Positions 30,120 to 42,734 of a stretch of 64,000 nt of DNA are shown piece after piece. The first letter of the stretch is position 1, and every line of letters starts with the position of its first letter. Under the pieces are notes generated by a model. It saw only the letters and a list, made by a program, of their open reading frames with translations, did not search any database and had not been told where the DNA came from. Made by a program: the position numbers and the translations under genes. Origin of the DNA: Eledone cirrhosa (lineage: Eukaryota); the NCBI GenBank assembly GCA_964016885.1, contig CAXHJY010000860.1, forward strand, positions 124,001-188,000, given 5' to 3'.

Positions 30120-33100
30120 GCTCCAGCATGGCCACACTCTAATGACTGAAATCAGTAAAATACATAACACAATGTTGTGTCCAAGCATGGCCACAGTCTA
30201 ATGACTGAAACCCAACAAAAGACACAAAAGAATGTGGTGCCCCAGCATGACCACAGTCTAGTGACTGGTGGTGCCCCAGCATGGCCACAGCCCAGTGACT
30301 GGTGATGCCCCTGCATGGCCACAGTCTAGTGACTGGTGGTGCCTCAGCATGGCCACAGTCTAGTGACTGGTGGTGCCCCAGCATGGCTACAGTCTAGTGA
30401 CTGGTGGTGCCCCAGCATGGCCACAGTCTAGTGACTGGTGGTGCCCCAGCATAGCCACAGTTTAGTGGCTGGTGGTGCCCCAGCACGGCTACAGTCTAGT
30501 GAGTGGTGGTGCCCCAGCATGGCCACAGTCTAGTGACTGGTGGTGCCCCAGCATGGCCACAGTCTAGTGACCGGTGGTGCCCCAGCATGGCCACAGTCTA
30601 GTGAGTGGTGGTGCCCCAGCATGGCCACAGTCTAGTGACTGGTGGTGCCCCATCATGGCCACAGTCTAGTGACTGGTGGTGCCCCAGCATGGCCACAGTC
30701 TAGTGACTGGTGGTGCACCAGAATGGCCACAGTCTAGTGACAGGTGGTGCCCCAGCATGGCTACAGTCTAGTGACTGGTGGTGCCCCAGCATGGCTACAG
30801 TCTAGTGACTGGTGGTGCCTCAGCATGGCCACAGTCTAGTGACTGGTGGTGCCTCAGCATGGCTACAGTCGAGTGACTGGTGGTGCCCCAGCATGACCAC
30901 AGTCTAGTGACTGGTGGTGCCTTAGCATGACCACAGTCTAGTTATTGGTGGTGCCCCAGCATGGCCACAGCCTAGTGACTGGTGGTGCCCCAGCATGGCC
31001 ACAGCCTAGTGAATGGTGGTGCCCCAGCATGGCCACAGTCTAGTGACTGGTGGTGCCCCAGCATTGCCACAGTTTAGTGTCTGGTGGTGCCCCAGCATGG
31101 CCACAGCCTAGTGACTGGTGGTGCCCCAGCATGGCCACAGTTTAGTGGCTGGTAGTGCCTCAGCATGGCCACAGTCTAGTGACTGGTGGTGCCCCAGCAT
31201 GGCTACAGTCTAGTGACTGGTGGTGCCCCAGCATGGCTACAGTCTAGTGACTGGTGGTGCCTCAGCATGGCCACAGTCTAGTGACTGGTGGTGCCTCAGC
31301 ATGGCTACAGTCGAGTGACTGGTGGTGCCCCAGCATGACCACAGTCTAGTTATTGGTGGTGCCCCAGCATGGCCACAGTTTAGTGGCTGGTAGTGCCCCA
31401 GCATGGCCACAGTCTAGTGACTGGTGGTGCCCCAGCATGGCCTCAGCCTAGTGACTGGTGGTGCCCCAGCATGGCCACAGTCTAGTGACAGGTGGTGCCC
31501 CAGCATGGCCACAACATAGTGACTGGTGGTGCCCCAGCATGGCCACAACCTAGTGACTGGTGGTGCCCCAGCATGGCCACAACCTAGTGACTGGTGGTGC
31601 CCCGGCATGGCCACAGTCTAGTGACTGGTGGTGCTCCAGCATGGCCACAGTCTAGTGACTGGTGGTGCCCCAGCATGGCCACAGTCTAATGATTGGTGGT
31701 GCCCCAGCATGGCCACAGTCTAGTGACTGGTGGTGCCCCAGCATGGCCAGAGTCTAGTGACAGGTGGTGCCCCAGCATGGCCATAGTCTAGTGACTGGTG
31801 GTGCTCCAGCATGGCCACAGTCTAGTGACTGGTGGAGCTCCAGCATGGCCACAGTCTAGTGTGTGGTGGTGCCCCAGCATGGCCACAGCCTAGTGACTGG
31901 TGGTGCCCCAGCATGGCTACAGTCTAGTGACTGGTGGTGCCCCAGCATGGCCACAGTCTAGTGACTGGTGGTGCCCCAGCATGGCCACAGTCTAGTGCCT
32001 GGTGGTGCTCCAGCATGGCCACAGTCTAGTGGCTGGTGGTGCCCCAGCATGACCACAGTCTAGTGCCTGGTGGTGCTCCAGCATGGCCACAGTCTAGTGA
32101 CTGGTGGTGCTCCAGCATGGCCACAGTCTAGTGGCTGGTGGTGCCCCAGCATGGCTACAGTCTAGTGACTGGTGGTGCCCCAGCATGGCCACAGTCTAGT
32201 GACTGGTGGTGCCCCAGCATGGCCACAGTCTAGTGACTGGTGGTGCCCCAGCATGGCCACAGTCTAGTGACTGGTGGTGCCCCAGCATGGCCATAGTCTA
32301 GTGACTGGTGGTGCCCCAGCATGGCCACAGTCTAGTGACAGGTGGTGCCCCAGCATGGCTACAGTCTAGTGACTGGTGGTGCCCCAGCATGGCCACAACC
32401 TAGTGACTGGTGGTGCCCCAGCATGGCCACAGCCTAGTGAGTGGTGGTGCCCCAGCATGGCCACAGTCTAGTGACTGGTGGTTCCGTAGCATGGCTACAG
32501 TCTAGTGACTGGTGGTGCCCCAGCATGGCCACAGTCTAGTGACTGGTGGTGCTCCAGCATGGCCACAGTCTAGTGACTGGTGGTGCTCCAGCATGGCCAC
32601 AGTCTAGTGACTGGTGGTGCCCCAGCATGGCCACAGTCTAGTGACTGGTGGTGCCCCAGCACGGCCACAACCTAGTGACTGGTGGTGCCTCAGCATGGCC
32701 ACAGTCTAGTGACTGGTGGTGCCCCAGCATGGCCACAGTCTAGTGACTGGTGGTGCCCCAGCATGGCCACAGTCTAGTGACTAGTGGTGCCCCAGCATGG
32801 CCACAGTCTAGTGACAGGTGGTGCCCCAGCATGGCTACAGTCTAGTGACTGGTGGTGCCCCAGCATGGCCACAACCTAGTGACTGGTGGTGCCCCGGCAT
32901 GGCCACAGTCTAGTGACTGGTGGTGCTCCAGCATGGCCACAGTCTAGTGACTGGTGGTGCCCCAGCATGGCCACAGTCTAATGATTGGTGGTGCCCCAGC
33001 ATGGCCACAGTCTAGTGACTGGTGGTGCCCCAGCATGGCCACAGCCTAGTGAGTGGTGGTGCCCCAGCATGGCCACAGTCTAGTGACTGGTGGTTCCGTA

Positions 33101-36100
33101 GCATGGCTACAGTCTAGTGACTGGTGGCGCCCCAGCATGGCCACAGTCTAGTGACTGGTGGTGCTCCAGCATGGGCACAGTCTAGTGACTGGTGGTGCCC
33201 CAGCATGGCTACAGTCTAGTGACTGGTGGTGCCCCAGCATGACCACAGTCTAGTGACTGGTGGTGCCCCAGCATGGCCACAGTCTAGTGACAGGTGGTGC
33301 CCCAGCATGGCTACAGTCTAGTGACTGGTGGTGCCCCAGCATGGCCACAACCTAGTGACTGGTGGTGCCCCAGCATGGCCACAGTCTAGTGACTGGTGGT
33401 TCCGTAGCATGGCTACAGTCTAGTGACTGGTGGTGCCCCAGCATGGCCACAGTCTAGTGACTGGTGGTGCTCCAGCATGGCCACAGTCTAGTGACTGGTG
33501 GTGCTCCAGCATGGCCACAGTCTAGTGACTGGTGGTGCCCCAGCATGGCCACAGTCTAGTGACTGGTGGTGCCCCAGCATGGCCACAGTCTAGTGACTGG
33601 TGGTGCCCCAGCATGGCCACAGTCTAGTGACTGGTGGTGCCCCAGCATGGCTACAGTCTAGTGACTGGTGGTGCCCCAGCATGGTCACAGCCTAGTGACT
33701 GGTGGTGCCCCAGCATGGCCACAGCCTAGTGACTGGTGGTGCCCCAGCATGGCCACAGTCTAGTGACTGGTGGTGCCTCAGCATGGTTACAGTCGAGTGA
33801 CTGGTGGTGTCCCAGCATGACCACAGTCTAGTGGCTGGTGGTGCCCCAGCATGGCCACAGTCTAGTGACAGGTGGTGCCCCAGCATGGCCATAGTCTAGT
33901 GACTGGTGGTGCCCCAGCATGGCCACAGTCTAGTGACTGGTGGTGCCCCAGCATGGCCACAGTCTAGTGACAGGTGGTGCCCCAGCATGGCCATAGTCTA
34001 GTGACTGGTGGTGCCCCAGCATGGCCACAGTCTAGTGGCTGGTGGTAGTAGCCCAGCATGGCCACAGTCTAGTGACTGGTGGTGCCCCAGCATGGCCACA
34101 GTCTAGTGGCTGGTGGTAGTACCCCAGCATGGCCACAGTCTAGTGACTGGTGGTGCCCCAGCATGGCCACAGTCTAGTGACTGGTGGTTCCGTAGCATGG
34201 CCACAGTCTAGTGACTGGTAGTGCCCCAGCATGGCCACAGTCTAGTGACTGGTGGTGCTCCAGCATGGCCACAGTCTAATGACAGGTGGTGCCCCAGCAT
34301 GGCTACAGTCTAGTGACTGGTGGTGCCCCAGCATGGCCACAGTCTAGTGACTGGTGGTTCCGTAGCATGGCCACAGTCTAGTGACTGGTAGTGCCCCAGC
34401 ATGGCCACAGTCTAGTGACTGGTGGTGCTCCAGCATGGCCACTGTCTAGTGACAGGTGGTGCCCCAGCATGGCTACAGTCTAGTGACTGGTGGTGCCCCA
34501 GCATGGCCACAACCTAGTGACTGGTGGTGCCCCAGCATGGCCACAGTCTAGTGACTGGTGGTTCCGTAGCATGGCTACAGTCTAGTGACTGGTGGTGCCC
34601 CAGCATGGCCACAGTCTAGTGACTGGTGGTGCTCCAGCATGGCCACAGTCTAGTGACTGGTGGTGCCCCAGCATGGCCACAGTCTAGTGACTGGTGGTGC
34701 CCCAGCATGGCCACAGTCTAGTGACTGGTGGTGCCCCAGCATTGCCACAGCCTAGTGACTGGTGGTGCCCCAGCATGGCCACAGTCTAGTGACTGGTGGT
34801 GCCCCAGCATTGCCACAGCCTAGTGACTGGTGGTGCCCCAGCATGGCCACAGTCTAGTGACTGGTGGTGCCCTAGCATGGCCATAGTCTAGTGACTGGTG
34901 GTGCCCCACAATGGCCACAGTCTAGTGACTGGTGGTGCTCCAGCATGGCCACAGTCTAGTGACTGGTGGTGCCCCAGCATGGCCACAGTCTAGTGACTGG
35001 TGGTGCCCCAGCATGACCACAGTCTAGTGAGTGGTGGTGCCCCAGCATGGCCACAGTCTAGTGACTGGTGGTGCCCCAGCATGGCCACAGTCTAGTGACT
35101 GGTGGTGCCCCAGCATGGCCACAGTCTAGTGACTGGTGGTGCCCCAGCATGGCCACAGTCTAGTGAGTGGTGGTGCCCCAGCATGGCCACAGTCTAGTGA
35201 CTGGTGGTGCCCCAGCATGACCACAGTCTAGTGAGTGGTGGTGCCCCAGCAAGGCCACAGTCTAGTGACTGGTGGTGGCCCAGCATGGCCACAGTTTAGT
35301 GACTGGTGGTGCCCCAGCATGGCCACAGTCTAGGGATGGTGGTGCCCCAGCATGGCCTGAGTCTAGTGACTGGTGGTGCCCCAGCATGGCCACAGTTTAG
35401 TGGCTGGTAGTGCCCCAGTATGGCCACAGTCTAGTGACTGGTGGTGCTCCAGAATGGCCACAGTCTAGTGACTGGTGGTGCCCCAGCATGGCCACAGTCT
35501 AGTGACTGGTGGTGCCCCAGCAGGGCCATAGTCTAGTGACTGGTGGTGCCCCAGCATGACCACAGCCTAGTGACTGGTGGTGCCCCAACATGGCCACAGT
35601 CTAGTGACTGGTGGTGCCCCAGCATGGCCACAACCTAGTGACTGGTGGTGCCCCAGCATGGCCGCAGTCTAGTGACTGGTGGTGCCCCAGCATGGCCACA
35701 GTCTAGCGGCTGGTGGTGCCCCAGCATGACCACAGTCTAGTGACTGGTGGTGCCCCAGCATGACCACAGTCTAGTGACTGGTGGTGCCCCAGCATGACCA
35801 CAGTCTAGTGACTGGTGGTGCCCCAGCATGGCCACAGTCTAGTGACTGGTGGTGCCCCAGCATGACCACAGTCTAGTGACTGGTGGTGCCCCAGCATGAC
35901 CACAGCCTAGTGACTGGTGGTGCCCCAACATGGCCACAGTCTAGTGACTGGTGGTGCCCCAGCATGGCCACAACCTAGTGACTGGTGGTGCCCCAGCATG
36001 GCCGCAGTCTAGTGACTGGTGGTGCCCCAGCATGGCCACAGTCTAGCGGCTGGTGGTGCCCCAGCATGACCACAGTCTAGTGACTGGTGGTGCCCCAGCA

Positions 36101-39100
36101 TGACCACAGTCTAGTGACTGGTGGTGCCCCAGCATGACCACAGTCTAGTGACTGGTGGTGCCCCAGCATGGCCACAGTCTAGTGACTGGTGGTGCCCCAG
36201 CATGGCCACAGTTTAGTGGCTGGTGGTGCCCCAGCATGGCCACAGTCTAGTGACTGGTGGTGCCCCAGCATGGCCACAGTCTAGTGACTGGTGGTGCCCC
36301 AGCATGGCCACAGGCTAGTGACTGGTGGTGCCCCAGCATGGCCACAGTCTAGTGACTGGTGGTGCCCCAGCATGGCCACAGTCTAGTGACTGGTGGTGCT
36401 CCAGCATGGCCACAGTCGAGTGACTGGTAGTGCCCCAGCATGGCTACAGTCTAGTGACTGGTGGTGCCCCAGCATGGCCACAGTCTAGCTACTGGTGGTG
36501 CCCCAGCATGACCACAGTCTAGTGACTTCTGGTGCCCCAGCATGACCACAGTCTAGTGAGTGGTGGTGCCTCAGCATGGCCACAGTCTAGTGATTGGTGG
36601 TGCTCCAGCATGGCCACAGTCTAGTGACTGGTGGTGCTCCAGAATGGCCAAAATCTAGTGATTGGTGGTGCTCCAGCATGGCCACAGCCTAGAGACTGGT
36701 GCTGCCCCAGCATGGCCACAGTCTAGTGGCTGGTGGTGCCCCAGCATGGCCACAGTCTAGTGACTGGTGGTGCCCCAGCATGGCCACAGTCTAGTGACTG
36801 GTGGTGCTCCAGCATGGCCACAGTCTAGTGGCTGGTGGTGCCCCAGCATGGCCACAGTCTAGTGACTGGTGGTGCCCCAGCATGGCCACAGTCTAGTGGC
36901 TGGTGGTGCCCCAGCATGGCCACAGTCTAGTGACTGGTGGTGCCCCAGCATGACCACAGTCTAGTGAGTGGTGGTGCCCCAGCATGGCCACAGTCTAGTG
37001 ACTGGTGGTGCCCCAGCCTGACCACAGTCTAGTGAGTGGTTGTGCCCCAGCATGAACACAGTCTAGTGAGTGGTGGTGCCCCAGCATGGCCACAGTCTAG
37101 TGACTGGTGGTGCCCCAGCAAGGCCACAGTCTAGTGACTGGTGGTGGCCCAGCATGGCCACAGTTTAGTGACTGGTGGTGCCCCAGCATGGCCACAGTCT
37201 AGGGATGGTGGTGCTTCAGAATGGCCACAGTCTAATGACTGGTGGTGCCCCAGCATGGCCACAGTCTAGGGATGGTGGTGCCCCAGCATGGCCTGAGTCT
37301 AGTGACTGGTGGTGCCCCAGCATGGCCACAACCTAGTGACTGGTGGTGCCCCAGCATGGCCACAGTTTAGTGGCTGGTAGTGCCCCAGTATGGCCACAGT
37401 CTAGTGACTGGTGGTGCCCCAGCATGGCCACAGCCTTGTGACTGGTGCTGCCCCAGCATGGCCACAGCCTAGTGAATGGTGGTGCCCCAGCATGGCCACA
37501 GTCTAGTGACTGGTGGTGCCCCAGCATGGCCACAGTTTAGTGACTGGTGGTGCCCCAGCATGGCCACAGCCTAGTGACTGGTGGTGCCCCAGCATGGCCA
37601 CAGTTTAGTGGCTGGTAGTGCCCCAGCATGGCCACAGTCTAGTGACTGGTGGTGCCCCAGCATGGCCACAGTCTAGTGACTGGTGTTGCCCCAGCATGGC
37701 CACAGTCTAGTGAGTGGTGGTGCCCCAGCCTGACCACAGTCTAGTGAGTGGTGGTGCCCCAGCATGGCCACAGACTAGTGACTGGTGGTGCCCCAGCATG
37801 GCCACAGTCTAGTGACTGGTGGTGCCCCAGCATGGCCACAGTCTAGTGACTGGTGGTGCCCCAGCATGACCACAGTCTAGTGGCTGGTGGTGCCCCAGCA
37901 TGCCCACAGTCTAGTGACTGGTGGAGCTCCAGCATGGCCACAGTCTAGTGACTGGTGGTGCTCCAGCATGGCCACAGTCTAGTGACTGGTGGTGCTCCAG
38001 CATGGCCACAACCTAGTGACTGGTGGTGCCCCAGCATGGCCACAGCCTAGTGACTGGTGGTGCCCCAGCAAGGCCACAGTCTAGTGACTGGTGGTGCCCC
38101 AGCATGGCCACAGTCTAGTGACTGGTGGTGCCCCAGCATGGCCAGAGTCTAGTGACAGGTGGTGCCCCAGCATGGCCATAGTCTAGTGAATGGTGGTGCC
38201 CCAGCATGGCCACAGTCTAGTGACAGGTGGTGCCCCAGCATGGCCACAGTCTAGTGACTCATGGTGCCCCAGCATGGCCACAGTCTAGTGACTGGTGGTG
38301 CCCCAGCATGGCCACAGTCTAGTGAGTGGTGTTGCCCCAGCATGGCCATAGTCTAGTGACTGGTGGTGCCCCAGCATGGCCACATTCTAGTGACTGGTGG
38401 TGCCCCAGAATGGCTACAGTCTAGTGACTGGTGGTGCCCCAGCATGGCCACATTCTAGTGACTGGTGGTGCCCCAGCATGGCCACAGTCTAGTGACTGGT
38501 GGTGCTCCAGAATGGCCACAGTCTAGTGACTGGTGGTGCCCCAGCATGGCCACAGTCTAGTGACTGGTGGTGCCCCAGCATGGCCACAGTCTAGTGACTG
38601 GTGGTGCTCCAGAATGGCCACAGTCTAGTGACTTGTGGTGCCCCAGCATGGCCACAGTCTAGTGACTGGTGGTGCCCCAGCATGGCCACAGTCTAGTGAT
38701 TGGTGGTGCCCCAGCATGGCCACAGTCTAGTGGCTGGTGGTACCCCAGCATGGCCACAGTCTAGTGACTGGTGGTGCCCCAGCATGGCCACAGTCTAGTG
38801 ACTGGTGGTGCCCCAGCATGGCCACAGTCTAGTGACTGGTAGTGCCCCAGCATGGCCACAGTCTAGTGACTGGTGGTGCTCCAGCATGGCCACAGTCTAG
38901 TGACTGGTGGTGCCCCAGCATGGCCACAGTCTAGTGACTGGTGGTGCCCCAGCATGGCCACAGTCCAGTGACTGGTGGTGCCCCAGCATGGCCACAGCCT
39001 AGTGAGTGGTGGTGCCCCAGCATGGCCACAGTCTAGTGACTGGTGGTGCTCCAGCATGGCCACAGTCTAGTGACTGGTGGTGCCCCAGCATGGCCACAGT

Positions 39101-40350
39101 CTAGTGACTGGTGGTGCTCCAGCATGGCCACAGTCTAGTGACTGGTGGTGCCCCAGCATGGCCACAGTCTAGTGACTGGTGGTGCCCCAGTATGGCCACA
39201 GTCTAGTGACTGGTGGTGCCCCAGCATGGCCACAGTCTAGTGACTGTAATGTGGTGCCCCAGCATGGCCACAGTCTAGTGACTGGTGGTGCCCCAGCATG
39301 GCCACAGTCTAGTGACTGTAATGTGGTGCCCCAGCATGGCCACAGTCTAGTGACTGGTGGTGCCCCAGCAAGGCCACAGTCTAGTGAGTGGTGGTGCTCC
39401 AGCATGGCCACAGTCTAGTGACTGGTGGTGCTCCAGCATGGCCACAGTCTAGTGACTGGTGGTGCTCCAGCATGGCCACAGTCTAGTGACTGGTGGTGCC
39501 CCAGCATGGCCACAGTCTAGTGACTGGTGGTGCTCCAGAATGGCCACAGTCTAGTGACTGTAATGTGGTGCCCCAGCATGGCCACAGTCTAGTGACTGGT
39601 GGTGCCCCAGCATGGCCACAGTCTAGTGACTGGTGGTGCCCCAGCATGGCCACAGTCTAGTGACTGGTGGTGCCCCAGCATGGCCACAGTCTAGTGACTG
39701 GTGGTGCCCCAGCATGGCCACAGTCTAGTGACTGGTGGTGCTCCAGCATGGCCACAGTCTAGTGACTGGTGGTGCCCCAGCATGGCCACAGTCTAGTGAC
39801 AGGTGCTGCCCCAGCATGGCCACAGTCTAGTGACAGGTGGTGCCCCAGCATGGCCACAGTCTAGTGACTGGTGGTGCCCCAGCATGGCCACAGCCTAGTG
39901 ACTGGTGGTGCCCCAGCATGGCCACAGTCTAGTGACTGGTGGTGCCCCAGCATGACCACAGTCTAGTGACTGGTGGTGCCCCAGCATGGCCACAGTCTAG
40001 TGACTGGTGGTGCCCCAGCATGGCCACAGTCTAGTGACTGGTGGTGCCCCAGCATGGCCACAGTCTAGCGGCTGGTGGTGCCCCAGCATGGCCACAGTCT
40101 AATGACTGGTGGTGTCCCAGCATGACCACAGTCTAGTGACTGGTGGTGCCCCAGCATGACCACAGTCTAGTGACTGAAGCCAGTAAAAGAATAAAAGTAT
40201 GTGGTGCTCCAGAATGGCCAAAATCTTTTGATTGGTGGTGCTCCAGCATGGCCACAGCCTAGAGACTGGTGCTGCCCCAGCATGGCCACAGTCTAGTGGC
40301 TGGTGGTGCCCCAGCATGGCCACAGTCCAAAGCCTGAAACCCAGATTAAA
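30120..40350. repeat. 34-bp minisatellite, roughly 300 copies (~10.1 kb)
   Basis: Unit ccacagtctagtgactggtggtgccccagcatgg. Longer precursor units with GACTGAAA..AAAAGA at both edges. Confidence 0.98.
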
Positions 40351-40384
40351 AGAAGGAAAATGCATCTAATTTATAGTCAAAAGG

Positions 40385-40590
40385 TGACGACAGGAAATGG
40401 AGGGTGAAATCTACCGGAAGTGAACTAAGGAGCCGTGTGTGAGATAATGTCCGAACAAATATATTTCCTCTACAATCCCTGTTTCTGACCGGAAGTGGTT
40501 GTTTGGGCGTGATCCTTGACCACTGTCCAGTCTGGGCGGAAACACGTGGATAAACAGTTTGGTTGTAGGGTCGGGCTTATCTGAATTGTG
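40385..40590. promoter_or_regulatory. Candidate cis-regulatory island (2x ETS ACCGGAAGTG, GC-box, E-box)
   Basis: ACCGGAAGTG at 40413 and 40488, CAGGAAAT 40391, GGGCGG 40534, CACGTG 40543. Confidence 0.4.
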
Positions 40591-40624
40591 ATGGCGTTGG
40601 TAGAGGGGTGGGGTGGGGGTGGGG

Positions 40625-40746
40625 GTAGGTAGAGAGAGAGGTAGGTAGATATATAGAGAGAGGGAGTAGATAGATGGAGAGAGAGAGAGAGAGAGAAGTA
40701 GATAGAGAGAAGTAGATAGATATATAGAGAGAGAGAGTAGATAGAT

Positions 40747-40795
<49 letters not shown>

Positions 40796-41058
40796 GATAG
40801 ATAGACAGATAGATAGAGAGAGAGAGAGAAGTAGATAGAGAGAAGTAGATAGATAGAGAGAGAGATAGAGACAGAGAGAAGTAGTTAGAGAGAGGGGTAG
40901 GTAGATAGATAGAGAGATAGAGGTAGATAGAGAGAAGTAGATAGATAGATAGAGAGAGAGAGCGAGAGAGAGAGAGAGAAGTAGTTATATATATATAGAG
41001 AGGGGGTAGATAGATAGAGTGAGAGGTAGTTAGAGAGAAGTAGATAGATAGATAGGTG

Positions 41059-41094
<36 letters not shown>

Positions 41095-41323
41095 GAGGAG
41101 ATAGATAATAGGTGGACAGAGAGAGAGAGGCAGAGAGCGAATGATAGACAGATAGATAGATAGATAGAGAGAGAGAGGGTGGGTATATATATAGAGAGAG
41201 ATAGATAGATAGTTGAGCGTGGCTGTGTGTGTGATTGTGTGTATGTGTGTGTGTGTGTGTGTGTGATTGTGTGTGTGATTGTGTGTGTATGTGATTGTGT
41301 GTGTCATTGTGTGTATGTGTGAT

Positions 41324-41358
<35 letters not shown>

Positions 41359-41411
41359 ATGTGTGTGTATGTGTGTATGTGTGTGTGTGTGTGATTGTGT
41401 GTGTGTGTGAT

Positions 41412-41444
<33 letters not shown>

Positions 41445-41802
41445 ATGTGTGTGTATGTGTGTATGTGTGTGTGTGTGTGTGTCATTGTGTGTATGTGTGA
41501 TTGTGTGTGTTTAAGTGTATGTGTGTGTGTGTGTGTATGTGTGTGTATGTGTCTATGTGTGTGTGTGTGTGATTGTGTGTGTGTGTGATTATATGTGTGT
41601 GTGTATGTGTGTGTATGTGTGTATGTGTGTATGTGTGTGTGTGTGTGTGATTGTGTGTGTGTGTGATTATATGTGTGTGTGGGTATGTGTGGGTATTTAT
41701 GTGTGTGTGTGTGTGTGTGATTGTGTGTGATTGTGTGTGTGTGTGTATGTGTGTATGTATGTGTGTGACGTGTATGTGTGTGTGTTTATGTGTGTGTGTG
41801 TG
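40625..41802. repeat. (GA)n/(GATA)n followed by (GT)n compound microsatellite
   Basis: Direct reading. Confidence 0.92.
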
Positions 41803-42142
41803 TACAAAACATCGATTACTAATATGTGAAATACCGCCGCCAGGTGTCGCCAATACCGTGACATGCTGTTGAACAAGTGTTGTGGGCACATTACCCAACA
41901 TGCAACACGACATGACATGCGGCGCTGCCTGACTCCGTCTCACAAACACACCAGCCTCAGCACCGTACACAACTAACTTCTGCCTCTTACCACCACTCTC
42001 GCTCCACTCTCTCACTCCCTCTATCTCCCCTTCTCCACCACCACCGCTTCCCTTCTCATATTTTACTCCTCTCTATGTCTCTCTCTCTCTCTCTCTCTCT
42101 CCCACTTTCTCTCCCACATATAAACATGGCTGACCCTCCAGT

Positions 42143-42643
42143 AGGCAGTATGGGTAGAGGGCCGGACGCCATGCTTTGACTGAGTTCAAATCCCGTCGAG
42201 GTTAACTTTGCCTTTCATCCTTACGGGGGTCGATAAAATAAAGTACCAGTAATGCACTGGGGTAATTGCTGGCCTTGTGCCAATGGTAGAAACAATTATT
42301 ACAGGGTTGATAAAATAAAGTACCAGTAATGCACTGGTGTAATTGCTGGCCTTGTGCCAAAAGTAGAAACAATTATTACAGGGTTGATAAAATAAAGTAC
42401 CAGTAATACACTGGGGTAATTGCTGGCCTTGTGCCTAACGTAGAAACATTATCATTATTATTATTATTTGGCAGTATTGGTAGAGGGTCAGACATCATGT
42501 TTTGCAGCATAAAGTTAAGGCCCTTTACGTTCTGAGCTCAAATCCCGCCAAGGTTAACTTTGCCTTTCATCCTTACGGGGTCGATAAAATAAAGTACCAG
42601 TAATGTACTGGAGGATTTGTTGGCCTTGTGCCAAAAGTAGAAA
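42143..42643 (+). mobile_element. SINE cluster: one copy with a triplicated ~77-bp 3' end, plus one full copy
   Basis: B-box TGAGTTCAAATCCC at 42181; GATAAAATAAAGTACCAG..GGCCTTGTGCC..GTAGAAAC occurs three times to 42447; second copy at 42469-42643. Confidence 0.9.
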
Positions 42644-42734
42644 TATCTACATTGTAAATGGCTGAGCACTCTGCAGATACAAATGGACCCATTCGATCAA
42701 CCATCCAGCAATCTAAGTTACCAAACAAAGAGTC

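Noticed and set aside
30460-40310. Chi-like GCTGGTGG in variant units
   Set aside because: A single-base variant of GACTGGTGG; Chi has no established role in animals.
30120-40350. CRISPR array (34-bp repeat length, internal hairpin)
   Set aside because: Units are contiguous with no unique spacers, there are no cas genes, and the context is eukaryotic.
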